Positions 1 to 16,151 of a DNA stretch of 64,000 bases are shown here, piece by piece (the first letter of the stretch is position 1; each line of letters opens with the position of its first letter). The position numbers and the translations under genes are program-made. Source of the stretch: the human T2T-CHM13v2.0 reference genome, Homo sapiens; the NCBI RefSeq assembly GCF_009914755.1, contig NC_060934.1; one strand, 5' to 3'. Below the pieces are notes generated by a model. It searched no databases, was not told the DNA's origin, and saw only the letters and a program-made list of their open reading frames with translations.

Positions 1-98
1 CCTGGGAGGTGGAGGTTGCAGTGAGCCAAGATTGTGCCGTTGCACTCCAGCCTGGGCAACAAGAGCCAAACTCCATCTCAAAAAAAAAAAAAAAAAAA
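1..98 (+). mobile_element. Alu right-arm 3' end with poly(A), cut by window edge
   Basis: GGAGGTTGCAGTGAGCC...CACTCCAGCCTGGGCAAC followed by an A tract. Confidence 0.95.
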
Positions 99-467
99 GT
101 GCTTTCGCATATATTATTTTTATAACCCTTTAAAGTGTGTGTTTCTTATAGAAGCCTTGCCTTTTTCAAATCTTTTATTCTTCCTAGAATATTTTTGCTT
201 TGGAATTGGTATCAAGTCCCCTCTCCCTATAATTTTTCATTTAAAAAACTGACATTCATCTAGCCACTTTACCTAAGATCTCTTATTTAAAATTCAGAGA
301 AGGTCTTATGATCCCAAATTTACACCTAAGAAAACTAAGGTCCTGTGGCTAGTGAAATAGAGGCCCCCCTGAGCCTGGGCTGTCTGCTTCCACAGTCTTG
401 GTCTCCACAGTGAGCTACACTCACCTGTAGTCACTGGACATCTCCTGATGCGTCCTTCCAAGTCCAT

Positions 468-482
468 GTTACCGTTGGTAAC
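468..482. promoter_or_regulatory. RFX X-box palindrome
   Basis: GTTACC-GTT-GGTAAC is a perfect match to GTNRCC(N0-3)RGYAAC, in non-repeat sequence. Confidence 0.55.
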
Positions 483-809
483 CAGCCCACAGTCTAATTC
501 CACCCTAGTCCTACTCACGCACTCACATGACAGGAGCATGGTAAACCAGAGACTTTCTAGATTTTCACTCTGTGCATTTCATCACTGGGCAAAATACATG
601 TCATTTTAAATGTCCGCATTTTCATCAGAACCAAAACTGACAAGAATGAATGGTTTGGTTGAAGTTGCTTTTGTCGAAGCATATGGAAATGATCAATTTC
701 TTCCCCAAAGTGGAAACATAGTTTGAATACAGAAATATAATCCAGTTCATCCGAAGGGCAGCTTCCCAGGCCCCAAGTGGCCCTCAGACCACACCTTGAC
801 TGCTACTAG

Positions 810-1127
<318 letters not shown>

Positions 1128-1384
1128 AGATTTAGTAATGTTTTAGATTGACAAGACATGGGCCAGAATTGAAGCCAAGTTCGGACAACCCAAGTGTGGA
1201 TATCCCCCTTGGCTGTAATGCCAGTGGCTCTCACTGTGGGGAAGGGCATTTTTCCCTCCTGGGAGATACTGCAGGTGCTGCAGCACATTCGCCCCTTGAC
1301 TGTGGGCTTGGCACAGGGAGAGGCTCTCCGGGGCTAACCCTGAAGCCATCCCATGCTTTCTCTTATTTAAATGAATAAACGTTG

Positions 1385-1797
<413 letters not shown>

Positions 1798-1805
1798 TCA
1801 TTATG

Positions 1806-2113
<308 letters not shown>

Positions 2114-3213
2114 TCATGGGGAAAATGGCACTGGTGTGACCTGAAGAGAGAAGAGCTTCGGCCAGTCTCCCAGAGCAGCAGCGAATGGGGTATTCCGCCT
2201 TCTCCACTGGGGAATTGCTCGAAAACAACAAGCAGAACAAGAAATAGAAACACGACTGGGAGTCAGCTGTCCCCTGAAGCACGGTAGTGAGGAAGGAAGG
2301 GCTGCCTAAAGAGAGACGAGAAGGTCCAAGGGGCCGGCCGTGAGGGCACAGCTGAGTCCTTCAGGCTGGGAGGCTCCCTCCCCGAGGAGCACACACATCC
2401 ATCCCACGTCTGAGACAACGCCAACAGGTGTTGGGCCAGGGCTGGGCCCTTCGCTGAAATTTTGAGACCCAAAAAAGGCAGCACAGGACAGGGAAAGGTA
2501 TGGACAAAGCCTGATTCCAGGACATGGTGGGGAAAAGTTTACAGGAGTTCATAGGCCCTGGTGAAAGGATTCCTGCTAGCCTGGAACATAACTCAAGTCC
2601 TCCTGGAAGTATTAATAGCTGGCTCAGGAAGACCTCTCCTCATCCGAAGATGAGAAATAACCGAGAAAGAACCTACTCAGCAATTTGACGCTGGAAAATC
2701 CAGCCCCAGCTCCTCTGATATTGGCCGTGACTCACTGTTTTGGCCACACGGTCCTCTGGTGGCCCGAGAAGAGGCCCTGCCCCAGCCTTGCTCTCAACCT
2801 CTCAGGAAGTGAAATGATGCAGGGAGGATTTTGCACTCCCAGAAGGCTGTGGCCTAGAGCCAAGGGAAGGAAATCCACCCCTGTAAGAGGATTCTAAGAT
2901 GCAAGGTGTGTTTCAACCCAACCCTGGAACCACCCACCTCTCAACTTATTGTTACATCAAATAAAGGCTAAGTTATTTTAATAGGGATTTTCAGTTTCTT
3001 GCAGCCAAAAGCATAATAATGAAAAGTTGTACAGAATGTGCCATTTTTGAAATATAAACAGATAAACCAATAAATAATGCAAACACATATGCTTATACAT
3101 GCATAAACTATAGAACAATAAATGAGAAGCTAGAAGAAGTGTGGCTTTGTGGGAAGAAAACTGAGTGTCATGGGGATAAGGTGAAAGTAGGCCCTTTTGT
3201 CCACTTTGGAGAA

Positions 3214-3503
3214 TTTTTTTTTTTTTTGAGACAGGGTCTTGTGTTTCCCAGGCTGGAGTATAGTGGCATGATCATGGCTCACTGCAGCCTCTAACTCCTG
3301 GGCTTAAATGATCCTCCTACCTCAGCCTCCCAAGTAGCTGCGACTACAGGTGCACCACGATGCCTTGCTGATTTGTTTTAATTTTTGTAGAGATGGGGGT
3401 CTCACTATGTTCCCGAGGTTGGTCTTGAATTCCTGGGCTCAAGTGACCCTCCCACCTCAGCCTCCCAAAGTGCTGGGACTACAGGCGTGTGCCACAGTGC
3501 CAA
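3214..3503 (-). mobile_element. AluJ
   Basis: Reverse dimer with J-type arms. Confidence 0.92.
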
Positions 3504-5422
3504 GCACTGTTTTCCCTCTGGATATACTACCTAGTCAAAATAAGTATTTTTTTAAAAAAATCAGGAGATTCTCATTGCAAATATTGCTGCTTTGCTCTCA
3601 GAGCTCCAGGCTATAGACAGGCTGACCTACCCTGGGCAAGATCCCAGCATCTCCATTTGTCTCCAGTCCTTGTCTTTTCAGCCTCTCCCATTTGCCCTCC
3701 ATTTCTGCACATGGTCCTGACCGCCCCCTCCCCTGCCTTCTAGGTGGAGCACTCACCCCTGGGATCTGGCACAGAGACTCCGCCCCAGCTCCTCTGATAT
3801 TGGCAGCAACTCCCAGTCCTCAGGGAGTGCAAGCCAAGGCGTTGCCTCCGGGACCTCTTGTTGGTGCTGGCCCATCTCCACCAGCTTTGCCCTAGACCTC
3901 TCCAGAAGCAAATCTGACCCTGGGTGTATTTTCCTCACTCAGAAGACTGTGGCCCCAAGTTGAGTAAGCACATGCCCAGTAATCCCAGAGGACGCCACAA
4001 AGCAGGGCTGAGTGCAGTGAGGGGAGTGTGGACTGTGAATCTGAAATGAGCTGCTGATGGAAGGTTGACTCTCAGGAAATGAGAAGTTCTTTGCAAATCA
4101 GCTGGCAGCTCCTGAGGAGATTATTTTCTCCCTGAGTAGATGTTAGCTGAAGATACACTGACTACCAGGAGAAGATATGAACTTTTGGAGAAAAAAATCG
4201 TGCCCAGTACAGGCATTAAACACAAGACTGCTCAGAGCAGAAGTTGGCCATTCTGTCCAAGACGACCAGGTTGCTCATGATTCCAACACAGACTCAAGAC
4301 TTGTCTAGGTTGAGGGTGAAGAAATCCAGTGGCCTGTGGGCCTGAAGGATTACTCCCATCTTCCTGAAATGTGGGGGCTTGGGGAGCTGGGAGTGCATTG
4401 TGGGGAGGGGAGGGGGCTTCTGAAGCCACAGACTAAAAGGGAGCCTGGTTCTTCCCCATGTGGGCTGGGAGACTCACATCTAAAATCTACTTCATAGTTT
4501 ATATTCTAGGGTAGTAAATTTCTTTCTTCCCTTCTTTTTTTGGGGGGTGTGGTGATATGGGAAGAAAAAAGAAACCAATAACAAATGATCTGATGTTCTA
4601 ATAATATTTAACAACACTTGAATTAGGTGTCTGCACTGTATTGAAAGAAAATATTTGGCTATTGGATTAAAACCTAAAAACCCTTAGAATAACAATAAAT
4701 AAAGTGCAGTTCTGACAACCCAAAACACAGTGAACGAGTGCCCCAGGGGAGGTCCAAGGGCTCGATCCAGAACTGCAAATGCAAGCTTGAAATCTCTTTG
4801 AAGTCTTATGCTTGGTCTTTGAAATTCATCCAGTTTTGCCTTCTACCCATGAATGTTTATTTTAATATGAAAATCGTGTTTTTTCTCCTCTAAAAATCAC
4901 TCAGTCAAACCCAGCGCTCTAGGAGGGTGTGGCAGGGGAACACATGGGCCAGTTTCAGATGCCCAGGGATTTGAATCATCAGGTGTCTAAAATCGCCAGT
5001 CACATTTAGACAAAGGCTGGTTGGCGACTGGGCTGCGGTAGATGGCAAGGACAGGGAGCACAGGTGCCAGGCTCTGGGTGATGGCCAGGGATGTGCTACA
5101 GCATCTTTCATCAAAGAACGAGGAAAAATAATTCTACTGGGAGTCACACACACAGGGGCTCACAGGACCTCTAATATCCTTGGCATCCTGGTTATACTAT
5201 GCATTAGTTCAGGGAGGTTAGGCTGAGATAACAAAATAGGCCCAAATGTGCAGTAGCTCAACACCATAGAAATATAACAGCTCACAGAGGGTTGGGTGGG
5301 CAACTCTACCCCATGTAGTCATACGAGAACCAAGATTGCGGCTGATGGTAGTCCTCCTTAACATGTAGCTTTCCTGAGGGTTGCCACCTCAATCATCCAG
5401 AAGAGGAAACGAGCATGTCTGA

Positions 5423-5761
<339 letters not shown>

Positions 5762-5861
5762 TGCAAAGTTTTTGTAGGCCAGACCTGGAAATGACAGACA
5801 CACACGGCTGCTCATAGTCCATTCATAAGCACTCAGTCATATGATCATACTGAACTCCAGG

Positions 5862-6493
5862 TATAAACACATACCCCTATTTCTTCAAGACAAAGAGAAC
5901 AAAGTTATTTTGTTAATTACTTTTTTCTTCTTTTCTCTTTCCTCCTTGTTCCTTGTTCCCCACTTCTCACTTAGTTCTTTAGAAATGCAATGAAAACCCT
6001 CAGCTTCCCTTCACCAGATGCTCCCTACATGATACTCCCAGAGGCTCTAACTGCCTGCTTACTTAGAAGCTCCAGAGCCATGACTCTCTCTCACCAGGAG
6101 ATCACCTCAAGAGACAACACTCAATCTGCAACCTAAAGCATGTCCACGATGGAACTCGCTCCCACCTGGAGAGTATCTCGAGACAATGGCCACCTTACAA
6201 CCTAGCTCTGCCCAGGATGGCACCAGCTGGACCACTCAGTAGATAAGGCGACACAGTGAGTCATGTAGACCTTGCACCTGATCGCTCCCTCCCCTGTGTG
6301 CTGCTCATGCCAGGTTCCTGTTTAAAAGCCCTGCTTTCTGCACACAAAGGGAAGCAGTACCCTTAAAGGCAGGAGCCAGTACATCTTCCCCTAAGCTAAG
6401 CCTTAGAATAACGTCACTTTCTTTACACCAGACCTCACCCCTGTTCATTGGACTCTGCAAGCAGCAAGTGACTGAACCTGAATTTCAGTTACA
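5862..6493 (+). mobile_element. Solo ERVL-type LTR (MER54/MER73/MER74-like)
   Basis: About 630 bp; ends GGACTCTGCAAGCAGCAAG...CAGTTACA; 5-bp TSD CCAGG/CAAGG. Confidence 0.65.
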
Positions 6494-7014
6494 CAAGGAA
6501 GTCTGTGAAAGGAGGTCTAGCTGTTTATTCAGGAAGGGAAACTTAGATCTTAAAGAGTGGCACGTTTTTTTCACAGCACCTGAGGCCAGGAAATGACATG
6601 AAGTTGTGCACATTCATTTCGGGTAGATTAAATAATGAGATAGCTGCCACACTTGTCACCAGTACATTTCTGGGTAATCCTACGCTCACCTACATACTTT
6701 AATTATATAAAAGAGCCTCTGCCCCCAGTCAATGAGCTATTGGAAAATGTACTGCATCAGTTATTTATTTCTGGGTATCACTTATTCCCAAAGCTTGATC
6801 TGATTCAGTTAATTCCAGGCTCTCTGTAATGAAATTAATAAAAATACTTGTCACTCTAAGGAACTGACTAGGTACATTGACTAAGAGGTCTGGAGACCTA
6901 TATTTTTTTGCTTAAACTATCTCTTTATTCTTAAAACTGTCTTCCATTTCAACCTTTAAACTGCTTAATAAGCATTTCTCTACAGTTCAAGAAGTTTCCA
7001 TGGCACTAATTCAA

Positions 7015-7439
<425 letters not shown>

Positions 7440-7516
7440 TAATTGAGACATTTTATACTCAAATTCAGAACCACTGTTTTTCTGGCTGCTTTTGACTAGA
7501 AGGTGAACATTCCAGA

Positions 7517-7795
7517 TGTAGTGTTGATGTTTGTCCCCTCCAAATGTCACGTTGAAATGTGACCTCCAATGTTGGTGGTGGGGCTTAGTGGGGAGTGTTT
7601 GCATCATGAGGAAGGATCCCTCATGAATGGCTTAGTGTCCTCCTCATGGTAATGAGTGAGTTCTCACTCTGTTAATTCACATGCTGGTGCCATGCTTATA
7701 TAGCCTGCAGAACCACGAGCCAAATAAACAGCTTTTCTGTATAAATTACTCAGCCTCTGGTGTTCCTTTATAACAAAGGAAAACAGAGTAACACA
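7517..7795 (+). mobile_element. MST-type MaLR LTR with internal deletion
   Basis: TTTGTCCCCTCCAAATGTCACGTTGAAATG...ATAAATTACTCAGCCTC...AACACA. Confidence 0.8.
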
Positions 7796-9100
7796 GTCCC
7801 CTGTGTTAGTCTGGTAACACCCTGGCTGCATCTTTCAGCCAGTATCCAACACAAGGCAGACTATATAAACTATTTAATAAAAACTCACCTTTCCAAGGCC
7901 AAGAGCCACCTTGAATCTGTACCATTTCCTCCAGGCCTTCTACTTCCAGAAGGTTGGGGCTCATTTCAAAACCCTGGGGCTCAGACAGGTCTGTCTGCCA
8001 TTGCTTTATCTTGCCTCTTAGCAATTTGGTGGCACCACATCGAGTCTCTGTACAGTATGTCCTGAGCTGTGCCTTTGAACCTTTACCCAAGGCTACCACA
8101 TTTCACAGCTCCAGCAAGAGCTGTGCTCTCTGTGCTACGTGAAGACCCTCCATTCATTATAAGAATCCAGGAAGACCACATCTAAATTTGGGCTTTCAAG
8201 TCTTTGGGGAGAAGGCATAGGTGGTTCTTGAAGCTCCAGTTCCATCCTACAGGAAACATTATGTCAGCTGCAATGGAACCAAAAGGGGGGAACTTCCATT
8301 TTTAATGAGATGGTTTGAAAACCAAACCATTACAAACATCCGGCAGTATGGAATAATGTAGGATAAACATTATTTTAAATGCAGCTTAAAGAGTGAGCTG
8401 AATACCAGAGCAGTGAGCGAGTGAGCTGATACTGTGACTGCCCAGAAATCATCAGCCTCAGTAACCTTGGGGCTTGGGTTTTAGTATTCCTGATAAGATA
8501 GAAGGCAGAGTTTTCATCTCATGCAAGTAAAGAAGACTCCCACAGCAAGTAGGAACACTTAAAGAACAACAATCTCAATAAAAGATTAGACTAGATAAAT
8601 ATCCATGTAATATCACAGTGGCATTATAAGAGAGCTTTTGTGTTACTTACTGCACTGGGAGTCAGAAAAAAAAGTCCTTCCTGGAAATTGATAACTGCAC
8701 TTCATTCAAATTTGGGTTCAAATTCACACTATCAGCATGGTTCACGAAAAGCCAAGAAAATAATATGAAAATGGTTCCAGCCAATAAAAACCCCCAGGGC
8801 ACTGAACTCAGGCTGCACGAGATTTTCACAGAGGATGAGCTCACAATCAAAACCTCTAAAATGCCTGAGGAAATAATCCACCATGATTAAGAACCAGCAG
8901 ACATAACAAACAATAGTATTAGAACCCAAGGACTTCAGAAAATTGGATAATCTTATAAATTATAAACTAAGAGTATTTGACATGACTAATGTCAGAAAGA
9001 AAGGAAATCAAAGCATAAGAAAATAATGTAACATTATCAAAAATGAAATCAGGTAAAAATAAGAAATAAACAAAAATTTAAAAAATAAAAATAAAAATCC

Positions 9101-9752
<652 letters not shown>

Positions 9753-10549
9753 GAAACAAATTTAGTAATTGAAATGAAAAACTCAGCAGCTAGGTATCAC
9801 CTGATTTAGACACAGCTGATTAGAGAATCAGTGAACTGGGAAGTAAATTTGAAGAAGTCATACAACATGTGGCACACAGATAAAAAAATGCAAAAACACT
9901 CAGAATATGTAAATCCATAGAGACATAAAGCAAATTGCTGGTTGTCAGGTTCTAGGGGGATGAGAGAATGGAGACCAATTGCTTAATGTGTATAAGGCTT
10001 TCTTTCAGAATGATGAAAATAGTTATTACTAGATAGAGGTGGTGGTTACATAACATTGTGATTGTACTAAATTTCACTGAATTTCACTTTTAAATGGTTA
10101 ATTTTATGTGAATTTTTACATCAATAAAATATATTTTTAAGAAAGAGATATTCGGATAAAATGAAAATATCTAAATACATGTAATACAAGTTGCAGAAAG
10201 AGAATTAAGTGAATAAAGACAGCCAGTATTTTTAGAGAGATAAATTTTCTGGAATTTATCAAAGACATGAATCTGTGGATTCAGGAAGTACAACACCTTG
10301 TAAGAAAAATAAACAAGTTCACATCTGAATATATCAAGATACAAATGCAAAACACAAGACAAAGAGAAGATCTTAAAAGCCACCACCAGAGAGGGCATTC
10401 TTTAAGCTAATAGTAAATATATTCTAATAGCAGCAATAAAAACCAAAATGCAATGGGATAATATTTTTGGAGTGCTGAAAGAATACAGCTCTTAATCTAG
10501 ATTTCTACCATCATTGTTCAAGTGTGAGGGAAACTTAAAAATATTTTCA

Positions 10550-10886
<337 letters not shown>

Positions 10887-11217
10887 TTAGCCCATTAACT
10901 CTCACTGAATGAGCACTTAAAGGATTTCTTTAAATTCTTTTGATTTCTTTAAATGTCGGAAGAAACAAACCCAGAAGAAACAAACAAGATGTAAAAGCAA
11001 TGGTAAGCAATGAAACTGGTAAGCATTCAGAAAAATCTAAATAAGGAACAGCTATACAAGAATGATAACAGTGTTTCGGAATGAGGTACAAAAGTGAAAT
11101 AAAATACTAGATAACAATGACATGTTTGATCGAGGAGAGTTGGAGGGATAGGGAGTTAAACATTCCAAGAACTGTGTATTGTGCAAGAGAAAGGCAGAAA
11201 GAACAACTGAGTAAAGT

Positions 11218-11516
11218 CGGTGGCTCACAACTGTAATCCCAGCACTTTGGGAGGCTGAGGTGGTGGATCAACTGAGGTCAGGAGTTCGAGACCAGCCTAA
11301 CCAACATGGCGAAACCCCATCTCTACTAAAAATACAAAAATTAGCCAGGTGTCATGGTACACACCTGTAATCCCCATTACTCAAGAGGCTGAGGCATGGG
11401 AATCGCTTCACCCCTGGGAGGTGGAGGTTGCAGTGAGCTGAGATTGTGCCACTGCACTCCAGCCTGGGCAACAGAGCGAGACTCTGTCTCAAAAAAAAAA
11501 AAAAAAAAAAAAAAAA
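11218..11516 (+). mobile_element. AluS
   Basis: Dimer with poly(A). Confidence 0.95.
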
Positions 11517-12267
11517 CAAGTAAAGAATTTGTTAATTCAGGAACAAAGTTAAAAATTGAAAAGTAGCCACAGAGCCACAGAAGAATAGAAGTAGAATAAC
11601 AGAATATATACCTTCCCAAGAAGCAGTCAAGTAAGTAAGAAAAGGAAGAAGAAAACATAATCATTCCAGTAGAAAGCAGAAAAGAACAAAATAAGAAAAA
11701 AAGAAAATGTATATATATAGTAAACAGAAAACACAAAATAATATGGTAGAAATAAAGTGTTTAAATTACAATAAATGTGGGTTATATAAAATATACACTG
11801 AATTATAACAATATATAAAATATAAATAGATTAAACTTATGTGTTCAATTTAATTCAATTCATGGAAAAGGAGGCAACCCACAAAAGATTTAATACAACT
11901 GATTATAAACATATGAAAATAATTCTCTTCTAATTAAAGAAAAAATGAATTCACATACAGATTTTTAAATAACAATCTTTAGTGCTGAAGGAAGTACATT
12001 GTCATCTTTTCAATGTTGACTGTAAAGTGAAATGGTGCAAATTTTCCAGAGCACAGTTTGCAAAATGGACCAAAACTTTTAAATATGCACTCCCAGCAAT
12101 TATACTTGGAGGAAATACTGATATGTGTGCAGAAATTTGTCTACAAGGATGTTCTAATGAATTATTTATAGTATCAGAAACCTGAGACCTGAATATCCCA
12201 CAATTAAGAGAGTTGTTAAATTACTCCTCATGCTATTGCTCATATTACTAATATTAGTGGTAAATGA

Positions 12268-12555
12268 TAATATTTATTAAGAGTCCACTACGTGCCAGGC
12301 GATGTTCTAAACACTTTACCGATTAACATATTTTAATCTCCATTACAACAATGTGAGATAGATATTATCTTTCTCATTTTAGAGATAAGGAAACTCATTA
12401 AGTAAATAATGGGATTAACATTTTTAAATTAAAAAAGAGAAAGAAAAGAAAACTAAAAGTACACGGAAATTAGTAATTTGCCTGAAGTCACCTAACGATC
12501 AAATAGAAGAGCCAAGAGCCACCATTTGATCTGATGGAGTTAGTCTCCAGAACCA
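12268..12555 (-). mobile_element. MIR
   Basis: ATTTATTAAGAG..CTACGTGCCAGGC...CATTTTAGAGATAAGGAAACT core. Confidence 0.75.
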
Positions 12556-12949
12556 CATGTCACATGCATTGGTTAGGTTATGGAGGCATAAAACACATGT
12601 TCTAAGAAACACTGTGTTTTAATAACACTAACCATGTGAAACAATACGTATCATACATCCTAATATTGTAAAAACACACATGTATGCTCGTATAAAAGTC
12701 ATATTTATACACAGGCATATTTAGGCACAAGCACGAAAGCGTCATACACTAAAATATGCATGATCTCTGCCCTGGGTACCAGGATTATGGGTAACTTTCT
12801 CCTTTGTGCTTTAGTTTTTATTTTCACAAGGAACACACATTACTCCTGAGATTTGAAACAAATAACACACAATTTCAAAAGTAAAGAAATCGATGTAGCT
12901 GGATGGGGGTGGGTGGGGGTGGAAGTCAGGGTCAGAAGGAAGGAGATGG

Positions 12950-13590
<641 letters not shown>

Positions 13591-13597
13591 GGAGAAT

Positions 13598-13922
<325 letters not shown>

Positions 13923-13956
13923 TAATGTATTATTTTTTTAAAAAGAAGAAGAAAGA

Positions 13957-14043
13957 AGATGATCGTCCCCTGGCCCGGCAGGAAGCTTCTTTGTTTCTGG
14001 GGCTTCCTGGTCTAACGCTACATTTCCCCAGCACCCAAGCCAG
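13957..14043 (+). repeat. Copy A of an 87-bp local duplication (copy B 16018-16104)
   Basis: 80/87 identical by manual alignment. Confidence 0.95.
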
Positions 14044-14244
14044 CCAGGTTTTTTCCCGCAAGCCCCACGTCTCCAGCTGTGTCTCTTGGCAGCTATCTGA
14101 GCCGCCCTGGGTCAGCTGCTTACCCTTTGTTTTCTGAGTCCAGCCCAAGAAGACACTCAATAACCTGTAGAGACGCATAGGTGTTTCCTTTATGTCATCT
14201 CAGGAAATGGGCCCAGGTGTACAGTTCATAGTGGGAGACAAAAG

Positions 14245-14340
14245 TAATTCATTTAATTCATTCAACATATGTTTACTGAGCACCTAGACATGTGACAAAT
14301 GCCATGCTTTTAGGTCATGCAACCTTGAATTCAAGGACAT
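14245..14340 (-). mobile_element. L2 3' end fragment
   Basis: ATTCATTCAACATATGTTTACTGAGCACCTA. Confidence 0.7.
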
Positions 14341-15056
14341 TAACTTAAAAATTTAATCAGCCTCTTCCACCATACTGTTCTGGTGCTTTTTGTTGTGGTG
14401 GAGGTTGTTAAACAAAGATCACAACAATAACGTTGCCTTTGACATAGATATAAACCATAAACGCCTCCTCTGGCAAGATTACAAAAATTCTACCTCCGAG
14501 AATAAGGCTTCCCTGGTTCATAAATAAGTTCATGCATGCTAACAAAGGCCCCAGGAATTATTCTACTGCAACTAATTTAGATCCTTCATTGAGTTCCTCA
14601 GTGTTTAATCAAGGCTGTGCCGCATCCGTACCCATTACCGAAATAAAATAAAGTCTGTACCACATAGGAAATGTGCACCTACAATATTACTTTTCTAGTC
14701 TCACGTTTTAATTGGAAAATTGGTAGTCCCATTTGAATGAAATCATCCTGCATAACAGATTCAGAAAATGATTCCTGCTGAAAGAACATTTTTCATCTCA
14801 CTTTGCCTAAGTCTGAACCACAGTCTGACTAGGATGATAGCCCTTTTAGGTTTGACTTCACCCTCAGGAAATACCTTCAGCTTTTTGGGAGGGAAACCTG
14901 GGGGATTTTTTTCAGTGAGATCACTGTTTTAAAAAATATCTTCCTCACTTCTGTAGAACCTTGGCTTCTCAGCACCTCTTACAAAAGCACTACGTAGATC
15001 AACAGATCAGAACGCTTTGCAATTGTAGTGCCCCTTGATTTAAAATGCTGCTCTTG

Positions 15057-15177
15057 GGCCAGGCGCAGTGGCTCACACCTGTAACTCAGGAGGCTGAGTG
15101 TGGAGGATCGCTTGAGGCCAGAAGTTGGAGCTCAGCCTGGGCAACATAGTGAGACCCCGTCTCTAAACAGTAAAAAA
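15057..15177 (+). mobile_element. Free left Alu monomer (FLAM_C-like)
   Basis: Single left arm with perfect 15-bp TSD TAAAATGCTGCTCTT (15041-15055, 15178-15192). Confidence 0.88.
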
Positions 15178-15322
15178 TAAAATGCTGCTCTTTAAATTGA
15201 TGTTAGCTTTTTATCTGTTACGACTTCTGTTACTTTTCATTGTTGAGATGCTAAGGGGACCTCACTCAGTGGGAAAACATTTTACCAAGAAAAAAATCAG
15301 TCTAAGGAAATGCAAATGAAAT

Positions 15323-15484
15323 TATTTATTTGTTTTCGAGACAGGGCCTTGTTCTGTCACCCAGGGTAGAATACAGTGGCACGATCTCAGCTTACTGCAA
15401 CCTCTGCCTCCTGGGCTCAAGTGATCCTCCCACCTCAGCCTCCCAAAGTGCTGAGATTACAGATGTGAGCCATCACCCTCAGCC
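15323..15484 (-). mobile_element. Single-arm chimeric Alu (left-arm 5' end fused to right-arm 3' end)
   Basis: Reverse monomer of about 160 bp. Confidence 0.85.
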
Positions 15485-15494
15485 TAATTTATTA

Positions 15495-16151
<657 letters not shown>

